Below are positions 25,008 through 37,307 of a DNA stretch of 64,000 nucleotides, piece by piece. The stretch comes from Vitrella brassicaformis CCMP3155 (Eukaryota; Protista; Chromerida), in NCBI GenBank assembly GCA_001179505.1, contig CDMY01000390.1, forward strand, positions 1 to 64,000, read 5' to 3'. The notes below the pieces were generated by a model that worked only from the letters and a program-made list of their open reading frames with translations, made no database searches and was not told the origin of the DNA. Every line of letters starts with the position of its first letter. Position 1 is the first letter of the stretch. The position numbers and the translations under genes are program-made.

Positions 25008-25850
25008 ATGTATACAGCCCGGCAGCTGCACTGGCGGCAGCCGGTGGGCAGATGCGGAAGCCCATCGTTGACGTGGCATGAGAGCTCAGAGCGGGAGGAT
25101 ACAGGCGGCGGCAAGAAGCAGCGGGTGGACAAGCACAAGAAGAAGGTGAAGGCCGACAACAAGGGCGGCGGCAGGGCCTTGAGGGAGGAATCGGACGACG
25201 AAGGCCATCCATTGGATGCCGATGGAGGGATGGATGGATGGATGGTGGTTTTATTGTTTGTCTATTGATATCTCTCTCTCTCCGTTCCCTGATGGGTCAG
25301 GTCAAGTCACGTCTGGAGGAGTTGCCTGAGGGCCTGTGGATGGCCAACGGTGTAGGTATGGGCGCCATGCTGGGGACCGCATGTACAAGATGCCATCCCT
25401 GAGTGGCTTGGGTGTGGTGGACGTCACCATGCAGGGGGCTCCCCGCTGGCTCACTCAGAACAAGAAGGGCATCAAGTCGCTACACATCATCTGTGACAAG
25501 GTGAGCGACAAGAAGGGCAATCAACGTGCGGCTCGACAAACGATCTTCATTCTTCTCTCCTTGCAGGATGACCCATTCGGCCGAGGTCCTGCGAATCTCT
25601 ACCAAGTGAGCAGCGCCCTCTAGTTATCAGCAGGTGAGAGAAGACACACAGCCCCTCTCCCGCCATAGTGCCTGCACTTCAAGCCCTGTGTGAGCACGTC
25701 TCAGCCAAGAGCATCACGTCGCTGACTGGCCGCATCGGAGGGTGAGGGCGACGAAGAGGGCAGACGGAACGATAGTGCTGCGACCCAGCCAGGCCATCAA
25801 GAGAGCCAAGAGAAACGAGGAGCAGACGAACGAACGAAATGCGCTACCTA
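25008..25850 (+). pseudogene. Internally deleted, frameshifted relic of the F-box-like family (closest to the 29454-32796 copy)
   Basis: Collinear fragments: MYTARQ/ALAAAGGQMRKPIVDV, KKQRVDK, VKSRLEELPEGLW, DRMYKMPSLSGL, AKSITSLTG, IVLRPSQA; with frameshifts, stops and missing kilobases. Confidence 0.7.
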
Positions 25851-26209
25851 CTTCTGCCTCTTCGGTCTTGATGGGCTTTTTACGAGGCAGGACATATTGT
25901 TGTACACTAACAGGTCCGACTGTTTTATCCGAATCGGTCCTCACAGCGTTTTCTCTGCACCTTTGCGCCAATGCTGCATTTGTCTGTATTGGTCGCGCTG
26001 CTCGTACACGTCGCTTTGCTGCGTGTGTGTGGTTTTGCTGGGTGGCATCCGTGTGTGTGCATTTGTGCGGTGTTTGTGCATTAATTTGTCCATTCGTGTG
26101 CGTGTGGGACGGACGGACGGACGGACGGATGGACCGACAGACAGACAAACCATTCAGCTGATCAAAACTGTCCTTCATCAGACACGCCGCGGGTGTGGGT
26201 GTCGGTCTG

Positions 26210-29200
26210 TCAATATAGCAATTGCGCTCCGGTGAGGATGGTCTTGCCCTCCCCGCCCGACACAGTGAGCCTCTTCTGGCTTGCCTCTCTGAGCAGAGTG
26301 ATCAGCCCCTTGGGGCGTGGCTTGTAGGGCGACAGAACCACACACTTGAGGCGAGGGAAACTCTCAAAGACCGACACAACACACTCGGCAAACGACTGGA
26401 ACAGACCCTTCTCTGCCGCATCAGTGAGAGAGGGGCCAGTGCGGCCGCAATAGCCATCCCAACGCAGTAACAGATGCATCTCGAGGCGAGACACACGACT
26501 TGCCATGACCTGCCTGCCTGCCTCCCTGTCCCCACCGTACACACGCCAACCGACAGCCAAATTCTGACTCTGGGGGGGATCATAGCTGAGCGTGGTGTAG
26601 TTGAAGCTAGGGGATGGAAAATCGATCTCACTCTTGACGCACACAGTGACATCTCGCCTGCCTTGAGCACAGAGATGGGCCACACCGGCAGGCACGAGAC
26701 ACAGCGTAGCATTGGGATTGGCGGGAGTAAACAGCCCAAACGTGATATGGTCGATGGATTGAAGTCCACTCAGCACCTGCCCCGCCCCTCCCTCAAAGAA
26801 CTCTGCCCCTCCCCTCTGCTTGACCCACACAGACTTAACATTGGGGAACATCGCGCGAGGATCAGACGTTACGTACGAAGGCAGCACACCATCCCCATCA
26901 TAGGCTGGCCCATCCCAGTCGATCGTGAGCTCATTCACACGTGGGAAAACGAGTGGACCGAGGTCGGGCACACCAGCACTCGCACGTGCTTTGAGTGTGA
27001 CCCTGTCGGCCTGGGCGCAGCACATGTGGAGTGTGGGCAGCGCTGGGGCGACGGGTGGGGCCGCGCTGGTGAGCGGAAGGCGGAGTGCGAGGCCCTCTCT
27101 GCGCCGATACCCGTCGTAGGTGTGGTAGCTCTCAGTGGCGCCGTGTGAGAGGCAGGTGGTACGGAAACGATGCAGCGCCTAATATATGGGACAAAGACAG
27201 AAGACTCAGGACACCAATGGACCACCAAGCATGAATGGGTGCTCAGTCTGCCACTCACGCGGATGAGTTTGGTGTCTTTGATCGTATTGAGTCCCATCTC
27301 AACGTGACGAAGCGGCCCTCCGCCATTGTCCGTGCCGATGACGTCGATGAGTTGTGCCGGATCGCCGCTGCCGCCTGCGAAACCCCAGTCGGGGTACGAG
27401 AAGTCCACCTGCCCAGTCAGGCTCCCCTGAGAGAGAAAAGAATGCATGGCAGAAGAAGTGTCTGTCTGTCTGTCTGTCAGTCTCTGTGGTGCTCTCGTGG
27501 TCGATTGTCATCTCACCGGATGCTGTGTATCTTATCGCACTCGCTACTTCACCGACATGCCGGTAGTTTGCGTAGACGCCGCCTTCGTGCACGACAGCCA
27601 TTTCGTCACGCTGCATGGCACACAAGGCACCAAGTAGAGTCTTTACGGCCTTTGCTGCCCACTTTCCTGCTTGCCTCCCGTCGTACTGTGTCAGGGATGA
27701 AGTGCAGGGACGATAGGCCCGACGACGCGTTGCGAACCAACGCCCTGGCGAACCCACTGACACCGACAATGCTCAGCTCCTTAAGTACGGGCAGGTCGTA
27801 CTTGCGCCTGTGTGCGATGCTCTCCCACACCGAGCCGACCGTCGCCTTGCGCAGCTTGGGGAACGCAGTGGGGCTCTCGTTGCTCAGCACCTCTGCGATG
27901 TTCTGCCCTCTCCGCTGCCGTGTGCCTTGGAGCTCGACGGTCTCGATGGTGGCCGCGAGCTGCTCAAGCAAAGTGACGAGCCGAGGGGTGGGGCGGTGAT
28001 GCACATGCAGGGAGCGACACTGAGACACACGACCTGCAAATACGAAACAGGCATTTGAGAATGGACATGAGCGAGAGAGGGAGAGGGAAAGAGAAAGAGA
28101 GAGGGAGAGGGAGAAGGGAGAGAGAAAGAGAGAGATCTCACCGGGCAGTTTGGCTGCGGTGCGTTTGGTGGGGTTTGCGTAGATGTCGACGATGGGGTGT
28201 ACAGCGGGCTGGCGGCTGAGGTGGCTGAAATGTGTGTTGATGGTGGAGAGGGATGTCATGAAGGTGTGGTAGCCGAGGTACGCGCCCAAGCCAAAGCCCT
28301 CCTCGGTCGTCATCCACAGCGCCTCAGGCAACTCCTCCAAACCAGACCTCACCTGACACGTCCACAGAACGCACAGAGAAATGATGAACCCACCCACCCT
28401 CGACGGAGCTCTTTGTGTGTATGCGCGTGTGTGTCGTGCCCACCTCATGTTGGTTGAGTTTGTCCATGGTCTTTAGGATGACGTCGAGCTTCTTGACACA
28501 TGCTTCCACCTGCTGCTTGGCCGTCTTGTCCACGGTGGAGATCTGGATGTCCGCCTCGCACCTCACCATGGCCGTAAGCACACGGTAGTGGCGGTCAACC
28601 TCCTGAAAGCAGAAGGAGAGGCGGGATGTCTATGGAACAAAGGTAGCTGTGTTGTGTGTGGCGGCTAACCTGCATGTGTTTCTGTTTGGCGAATGTGTTG
28701 GGGGCGGGGAGGGCAGCCTTCGCATCCAACATCTGCTGCGCCTGTGGAACAAACACAACACGCGGGAAAGATCACACAGTGGTATATGTACAGTCCTCGC
28801 CCTGTCGCCTCCACCCTCTGGTCCCTCATTTACTCACCTTAGCCTTTGCTTCGTTGACCATGTTGATCTGTGCCTGGAGTTGCTCTGCCACCTCGGCAAG
28901 AGCCGCCAACGCTTGCCCATGACCCACCTCACCAACATCCTGGCAAAATGCATAAGACACGGCAAATACAGCAAATACCGTCCATTGTTTAGCCCATCGA
29001 CTCGTTGTCTTTGGATCTGTGTCGATGTCGTCCCGTGCGCACCTCCATCTCGACGTCGTCAGGCGTCAGTGGCTTTGTCCTGGCCTTCTTGACGTCCTTC
29101 CTCCCCTTGTTCTTCTTGTTCTTCGCCGCACGTCGGGCATGAGCATAGCCCTCCCACTCGGAGTTGTCGTCTGAATCCACGCTGCTCTCGGAGAACAAGG

Positions 29201-29324
29201 AGCGCCGCTTGCGATCACGACCACCACCACCACCACCAACACCACCAGCAGCGGCAGCGGCGGCGGATGAGGCGGCCATGGCGGCCTTGCGAACGGGACG
29301 AGCCGGTCGGTCCTTGACGTCCAT
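26210..29324 (-). CDS. F-box-like/degenerate-LRR family protein, apparently the most intact full-length copy
   Basis: K/R-rich N-terminus, coiled exon EVDRHYRVLTAMV, F-box-like LEELPEALW...LGAYLG...TSLSTINTHF, then solenoid-like exons to GAQLLY*. One junction near 27430-27520 is phase-ambiguous. Confidence 0.7.
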
Positions 29325-29453
29325 CGTGACAAAGGGGGAAAGAGAGGAAAGAAATTGGGTCGTTCCATTTACCTTTTGTTGGCCAGGATGTCGCGAGCTA
29401 TTGTCCTATTTCTCGCGTTCTTCTCGCTCGTTCTTCTCGCTCCTTCGGCAGCG

Positions 29454-32400
29454 ATGGCGTCAGAAGGTGTTGAGCATCGCATGACCGCCCGTCAGGTGGC
29501 CATTGCCGCTGCGGAGGCTGCGGCGGGTGCGGGTCAGAAGCGCAAGCCGTCGATGGATGTGGGCGTGAGCAGCGACGGTGATGAGGAGGAGGATGGGTCA
29601 GAGTGGGAGGAGAGGGGCCGCCGCACCACCAAGGCCGCCAAGAAGAAGCAGCGGGTGGATAAGAAGGACAAGGCGGACAAGGCGGCTGCCGGCAAGGCCA
29701 AGCCCAAGAAGAAGGGCGGCAGATCTAAGGCCCAAGCGGCAGAGGAGGACCATCAGATGGAGGTACGCTCGCATCATGCGATGGGAGGGCACACCAGGGA
29801 CCGGCATGGCTTGGGCATTGCTCATCCATGGCTCGCTGCTGTCTGTGTTTCGTTTGTCTGCCCGTCAGGATGTGGTTGAGTTGTTTCCTGCCGACCCACT
29901 GGAGGCTCTCAAGGCCGGGCGCAGAAGCTACAGACGCAGATCCAGCGCGTCGAACACGCCAAAGCAAAGGTGAGCGAGAAGGAGAGGGGCTGAGAGAGGA
30001 TCACCGGAGAGGAATGTGTGTGGTGTTGTGTGTGTCGTCCTGCCTGCGTTCAGGCTAAGGAGTTGTATGAGTTGAAGATGGGCCTCGCCGCGCCCGAATC
30101 GCACACGCAGCAGAATCGCATGCAGGTGAGAATGACGACACGACGCACACGCTTGACACGACACATCCCCCCTGCTCACTCCTGCGCCTTGTTGTGTGTA
30201 TGTGTGTGTGGCTGGCTGATGATGCAGGACGTTGACCGCCACTACCGCGTGTTGACGGCGATGGTGACGGCTGATGCTGAGGCCCACGCCACCCACACTG
30301 ACACGGCCGTCAAGCGGCAGCTGGACCGGTGCGTCGCCAAACTCCAAATCATACAAGACAAAATCGACAAACTACACGACGAGGAGGTCAACGCACCGCA
30401 CATGGGACAGGCACAAGGCGGGGCCACATACATGTGTGGCTTTGTCTGTGCAGGTGGTTGAGCCCTGCCTCGAGGGGCTGCCTGAGGCCCTCTGGCTGAG
30501 CAGCGACGAGAAATTCGGTACGGGAAGAGATTGGACGACGAGTCCAGGGGACGGGGAGGATGCATGTGTTGTGTGTGTTGCTGTGTGTCAGGACTTGATG
30601 CCTTCATTGGTTTCGTGCCATGTCTGACGTCGCTGTCGGCTGTGAGCAGCCACTTCCACACCCTCACCCAGGACAGCAACATGCACCCCATCATCCAACT
30701 CGACACCTCACCACCCAATGACATCGCCAAGGAACTGCCTGGTACGCAAAGGGAGGCCTCATGCGTCATGTGCCCGTCTCCACCTATGTAGCGGTGCTGC
30801 GTCGTGATTCAGGTCGTTTCTCAAAGTGCAAGGACATCCGCATCAATCACGCCCCCACACCCGCCCTCATCCGCCTGCTCGAAAACCTCAAGGACAGCAT
30901 CACGAGTATCGACCTGAAGGGCCACGGGGGCATCGCATTGGGGGAGAAGGACCAGCCCAGCCACAGCCCCCAGCAGCACACCATCTTCCCGCAGCTCCAC
31001 AAGGCAGCCGTCCAGGGGAAGTGGGGCGGCGTCGCACCAGATCGCAAGTACACACTCCCGGCCCTCAAGCACCTGAGTGGCGACACATTCAGTCGCCATG
31101 GGGGGTACTCTGCGCATTACGGGATCAGCCCTCGTACACACGGAAATAAATGGATGCAGCACACGATTCTCCGGGCCGCGACACGTGTGTTGGTGGGTGT
31201 TTATGCAGGTGGTGTCGTGGATTGACATCGCATCTGATGGCCTGACATCCATCCACTCTACCTACGTTCAAGTAAGGCGCACGGACAGGCAGCACGTCGT
31301 CGCACACTCAAGACTTTCATGCTGTGTGTCCGGTGTGTCCTGCTGTGGTGCGTCAGTCGCTCACAGACGTTTCCGCTTCCATCAAGGACACCCCAACTGA
31401 TGAGAGGGTTGCGGCAGGGAATATTGTAGCCATCGACACAGCACTCATTGTGTGCCTCCTTGTGGTGACAGCCAAGACTCTCACGTCCCTCTCCGGCTTC
31501 GAATTCTCGGGCAACGACTACGACCACAACCCCCAATTGTACCACCCCTGGTACCAATACGGCCTCGGCGGCGACAAGGCGCCCGAGGATGAGCTCAGTG
31601 ACCTCATCTCAGCCCCCCAGGGAGCCAAGCTGCAGAAGATTGAGATGCGCCTCCCCGACATGCCGACACCCAAAACTATCCAGGTGAGCATGAGAAGACG
31701 CCGACTCACCAGCTGTCGATTTCTGCGCTGGTTGTCATCAGAGGATTCATCGGTTCCTAGCTGCCTGCCTCGCACCTGACGCGGTCGAGACGTACCACAC
31801 GGGCACCTACTTCCACCTCCGGCTGCCCTTCAAAGGCGACTTCGCCCCCCTCGCCACCTGCTGCACCAAAGCCAACAGCGTGATTCTCGAATCCCACGCA
31901 AAGGACGGCACAGGGACGGCGGCGCTCAGCCCCCTGGTGTGCGAACGGGCCCGAGAGCTGACTATCCAATGCAGCTACCGCGACCAGCAGCCCGCGCAGC
32001 CGGCGTATCCACACCTCGCCCACCATGCTCGAGCGCCGCCCCGTGTCACGCAGCCCATCCCGTCCTACATCACGTCTAATGCCCACTGCCTCTTCCCCAG
32101 TGTGGTGTCGCTGAGTGTGCATGAGGGGCATGCGGGTATGCGCGTGTATGAGGGAGGGGCGGGCGTCTTCATGGGGTCGCTGCCATCGCTCGAGGAGGTG
32201 TCGTTTGATGTGCATGTCAAACCTGACCCGGGTGCTGAGCTGTGTCTCGTGCCTGAGGGTATGGGTTTTCTGTCGAGTCAAGGCAAGGATCTGACAGTCA
32301 AGTTGTCGATTGACGCTGAGGTTGACCGCTACCGCTACCTGTATGGTGGCCAGTCCGACGCAGCGCCAGCCGATGACTTGACTGTGCAGTGGCGTGTGTA

Positions 32401-32796
32401 CGGTGGGGAGGGTGAGGCTGACAGACAGGTCATGCAGCGTGTGTCTCGTCTGGAGATCGATCTGCGTGTGTCTCTGCGCCACGGCCGCGAGCGCGGGCTG
32501 TCCTTTGCTGCTGCAAGGGACATGTGCGAGTCGTTCGCCGACTGCGTCGCTGAGGCCTTCGGCAGCTGCCCCTCTCTCTTGTCTGTCATGCCGTGCTGCC
32601 TTACCTCTACAGCTCTCGGTTCTCGCTCGTCGATTGTGTGAGGGAGGGGGCTAAGAGGCGATTCAGAGTGGCCAAAGGGCAGGCAGTGGGGGGATGTCAG
32701 AATGTTGTGTTGCGACCGAGCCAGGCCAAGCAGAAAGTCAAGAAACAGACACACACCAACGAGGCAGACACAGTCATGAAGACAGAGGAGGAGTGA
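29454..32796 (+). pseudogene. Inverted paralog of 26210-29324 carrying two frameshifts and a mutated splice donor
   Basis: Same exon order as the minus copy. Frame breaks at ~29917 (EALKA-gg-AQKLQTQ vs ALAEVAEQLQAQ) and ~32592 (LSVM-cc-VLPYLYS...REGAKRRFRV); donor GTGAGA has become ATGAGA at 31400. Confidence 0.6.
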
Positions 32797-33699
32797 GGGG
32801 AGAAAGGCAGACCGACCGACGGCCGGTGTCTCGTATGTATCTTCATCTTCTTCTTTCGCATGAATGAATGCACGGGCTTTGTACAGCCGCACCCATTCCG
32901 ATCCGCGCGTGTACATGTGTGGGAGAAAGAAAGACAGAGACGGCCCGGCACAGACAGACGGGCGTTGCGTGTCGGGGGGCGTGTCGGGGGGCGTGCGCGC
33001 CTCTGTTCGTTCATATTCGTCCGGCCGACATTCATGACATGCCAACTTTGAGACTCAGCCCGCACAGCAACTGTCCGCTGAATCAATCGCACATGCATAC
33101 ACAGTGACGGATGGACGCTTGGCTCGCTTCATCAGACAGATAATGACATACATACAAGTGTTCGTCTCGCGATTCGGGTCAGCTGATGGGCGGTTGCTGA
33201 TTGAATGGGTGCGGGTGAGCTGGGCTCATTTGTGCAGGCACTCCCGCGGCGCCCAGCAAGGCAAAATTGAATGCGTGGATGCTGACACACCAATTTGGCC
33301 TTGCTGTACTATGCATGAGTGGCAACCCCCGCCATCTCAACACACCGAATCACCACCCATTCATTTGTCTCTTGACATACGCAATCATTTCCACGCGGCC
33401 GTCCATGCTGTGTGTGAGCTCCTCTTTGCAGGGTGCGGCCTCACTACCAAGGAGGTCCTAGCAATGTGACGCATTGCCAGGATCCTCGTCAAGTGGTGAT
33501 GCAGCATCCCGCCAGGAAGAGCCCACACACGCATCACACCGCAGGCAGACAGGCAGCATCACACAGTAAATGACAACACATACATTCCCTCGTGTGTGCG
33601 TCTAGGTGACGCAGAAAGATGAACATGCGATAGATAGATACACCAGCAACCGAAAAGCCCAAGACGTGCACAGAAGAGCCCCGCCATACATTCATTCAG

Positions 33700-34831
33700 T
33701 CAAACGCCCCCCGCCTGCCCGCCTCCATCCACCATGGCCGCCCCTGGCGGCGGCTGATGCGCTACAGACGCCACAGATGCGTGCATCCTCGGCGAACCAT
33801 AAGCTCCCGGCACCATCTGCTGCTGCTGAGGGTCCACCATCGTCGGCCCTGGCCCGGGCGGCGGAGGACCTGGAACAATCGGCGGACCAGTGACGATCGG
33901 AGGGCCGGCGACCGCAGCTGTCGGTGGCGAGGAGGGGTACATGACATGGTAGGGCGCGGCACCACCACCACCAGCAGCAGCGGCAGCCATGAGTGGTGGC
34001 TGCGGGTGGCCGCGCGCCGCGGGCATGGGAGGGCTGAATGTGCCGTGTTGGTCTTCGAGGAGCCCCCGTGCGTCGTGCTCGTATGCGGCGGAGGCTAGGG
34101 AGGGGGGCATCTGCATGTGGTGTGGCATGCAACACACGTATGGAGATGGAGATGTGTCGTGTTTGCCTTACAGGCGCGATGAAGAAGGCCAGCATGAGGA
34201 ACTGCACAAGACAAGACCACAGCACACATACAGAGAGGAGAAAGAGATGTCACGTACTTGTATCAACGCAGTGGCCGTCGAGTCTCTCTCTCTCTCTGTG
34301 CGTGTGTGTGGTTTACCTTGGCGATGACTTCTATGACTGCGATGAAGATGACCAGCTTGTGGTAGCCCATCGTCCTGCTCTCTATCGCCAGCCAGTCGTG
34401 CGAAAACCACTTCGGACCTGCACCATAACGACAGCAACACACCGTGGCCATGTCTGTCTGTCTGTGAGTCCCCGTCTCTCTCTCTCTGTCCCTCACCCCA
34501 GTAGAAGATGTACACGATGTCTTGCAGAATGCTCAGGGCGATGATCACCGACAGCGACAGATTCTCACGCTGACCAACCACCACACACACAGGCAGGACA
34601 CCACCACACATAGAACCCACAGATCACAGAGATCTCCCTCCCTCTCCTCTCCTATGTCGTGTTGCCCACCTGTTTTCTGCCCTTGGGTATCTCATCGTAG
34701 AAGGCTATCAGCATCCCAAACAGCACCACATTGTAGTCGGGCCGCGCGAAGCACCCGAGGGCTCCCAGCAGTGCCAGGATGTAAAACGCGCCTTTGAACG
34801 TCCCGCGTCGGAAATCCAACCCACCCTCCAT
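33700..34831 (-). CDS. Small multi-TM protein, AGTRAP-like, with Pro/Ala/Gln-rich tail
   Basis: Spliced MEGGLDFRRGTFKGAFYILALLGALGCFARPDYNVVLFG..., SILQDIVYIFYWG, GYHKLVIFIAVIEVIAK, FLMLAFFIAP, then a low-complexity tail. Family call from motif recall only. Confidence 0.6.
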
Positions 34832-35030
34832 CACGGCAAGCCGCTTGACACCACGAAGAGGCCAGATTTCGCCGATCCACTCACAGGTCAAGCTCGCATT
34901 TGCAAGCTGAGCTCGCAAACGTTCCTGAAACAGGCGCTGTGCGGCCTCCCCTGTCGCCCATATGACCTCCCCAGTGGCAGATCTGTCAGATCTGTGAGTT
35001 TGACTCATCCTTTGGCCCGTCCAAGGCAAG

Positions 35031-37273
35031 ATGATAGACGCCACGGGTGCCGTGAGCACCGAGGTGCGTCGGCTGACGTTCGCCATGCAGACCAAGGAGG
35101 AGATTCGTGCACAGAGCGTCACGCGCATCGACAGGGTGGGCGTGTGGACACCGCTGGGGCTCGCGGACGCCAGGGGCGTGCACTCGCCGCTCCTTGGCCC
35201 CCTCGACAAGACCATGCCCTGCCCCACCTGCGGACTCACTAACGAGTGCCCCGGTGAGAGCCGGTGGGGGATGGACAAGTTGAGATCCCGGATGAATCTG
35301 TCTGTGTGTGTGTGTGTGTGTGTGTGGTTGTGTAGGTCACAATGGTCACATCGAGCTGAGCACTCCGATGTTTCACCCGTCGATGATGCAGCCCCTGGCC
35401 ACCATCCTGCGTGCCGTGTGCTTCCGCTGCAACAAGCTCAAGATGCCCACCGACAAGCAGGAGAGCTTCGTCAAGCGGTTCAAGCTCCTGGGACTGGGCG
35501 GACTTGGGGAGATGAGGACATTCACACGAGCGTACGCTGCCCCGCCCCGCCCACACACACAAAGGCATATGGGACACGTGTGTGTGTGTGGTGGTCAGAC
35601 GTATGCCGATGAGCGAGAAGTTTGCCGAAGAGCTGCTCAAGTCCCTTCTGGAGGAGAACCCCGACACAGCGCTCAACGAGACCGAGGCAATCGCTGACGA
35701 ATTCGACCGCGCGAGAGACCGTGCCAACGTACCCACACACACCATCCACTCCACACACATAGGGAGGGAGAGAGATCGACAAGTCCATCCATTCATCCGT
35801 TCACCCTCCTGTGCGCGCGTGTGTGCGTGTGGCCTGCAGGCCTCTGTGAACGATTTCATCGGGAGGGAGTCTCGTCGTCGCGGTGTGGGCGAGTACTTCG
35901 GCGAGCGCGAGCAGGACATGTTTCGGGACAGCACTGCCAAGTTCGAGATCTACATGGCGCTGCGGCGGGGCTTCATCGTCTACGCCAACAAGTGCGCCAA
36001 CAGGCGGTGCCCCCACTGCACACACAAATGCAAAATGGGCGTCAGACCCGCTGCCAAATGGGGCGTTGGTGAACAAACAAAGAGAGAGAATGCCTGCGCT
36101 GCACTGCACCCGGAAATGTGCCCGGTTGCGTATGTGTGGTGTGTGTCCTGGTGCTTCCTTCGTCCTTTGTGTGTGTGTCAGGTTTGATGCAGCTGTCGTG
36201 GGGCAAGAAGGTGGACAGCCCCTGGTCGCAGGAGCAGGAGGCCCGCTTCATGTCGGACCAGCGCGAGACCCCCCGGTGGATGGAGCTCTACCTCCCAAGG
36301 GCCGTCATCAAGGCACTCGACGACCCCAACGTCGACGTACGCAGTGCAACACACGACAGACACAACACCGAGCACAGAAATGGCGTAGTATCTTTCCTCT
36401 TGTGTGTTTTTGGCTTTACAGGTGAGTGATTTGATGATGCGTTACAAGGAGGCGATGGAGTACATGGTCAAGGACATCGCCAAGGAGAACAGGCGGTACG
36501 GCGGCCAGCAGCTCGCCGCCATGGACCTCTACCCCATCCTGCAAAAGGTCTGGAACAACGGCGCAGAGGTCCTCGAGTTCGTATTCCCTGTGAGTAAGTA
36601 AAGTACTCTCACTTTCACCGCACACACCGCGCCACACACAGAGAGAGTGTGTGCGTTGCAGCCCGTCGTCTGAAGCACGAGGCGTTCTTTATGGACGTCA
36701 TGGCTGTGAGCGGCAACAAGTACAGGCCGCTGGTGCGCCTGAGCAACAAGAGCGGAGGCGGCGGAGATGAGTTCGAACGAGAGGGCCATGGCGGTCAGTC
36801 AGCCACCTCACCTGACCTGAGCTACACGCACCATGCACACAGACAGGGATCTCTCCTTGTCTCTCTGTCTGTCTGTCTGTCTGTCTATAGGTCGTGTGCG
36901 TCACATGCTGCATCCCCGCAGTGTGGCGTTGCAGCGCATCTTGGAGCTGTCCCTCAAGATCGAAGATCACTGGGACTGGGCGTTCGAGCTCATCGAACGA
37001 CACCTCAGGCACACACACACCACACACACACATACACCTCCATATATAAGTGTGTGTGTGTGTGTGTGTGTTGCAGGTATCTGGTGCAGGTGAAGCATTT
37101 CGGTCTCGAAGATGGGGACGAGCAGCCCAAAAAGACTGCCAAGAAAGGCAAGAAGGCCGCTGCCGCTGGCGCTGCTGCTGCTGCTGCCGAGCGGCCAACC
37201 GTCGACGTGTCCAAAGACGTACGACCCCACCCACCACCAACACACACAGACACATGAGTCCACCCATCAAATG

Positions 37274-37307
<34 letters not shown>

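Noticed and set aside
29388-29453. Signal-peptide-like MSRAIVLFLAFFSLVLLAPSAA upstream of the plus paralog
   Set aside because: It has no counterpart in the paralogs and is probably pyrimidine-rich UTR/promoter sequence translating as hydrophobic residues.
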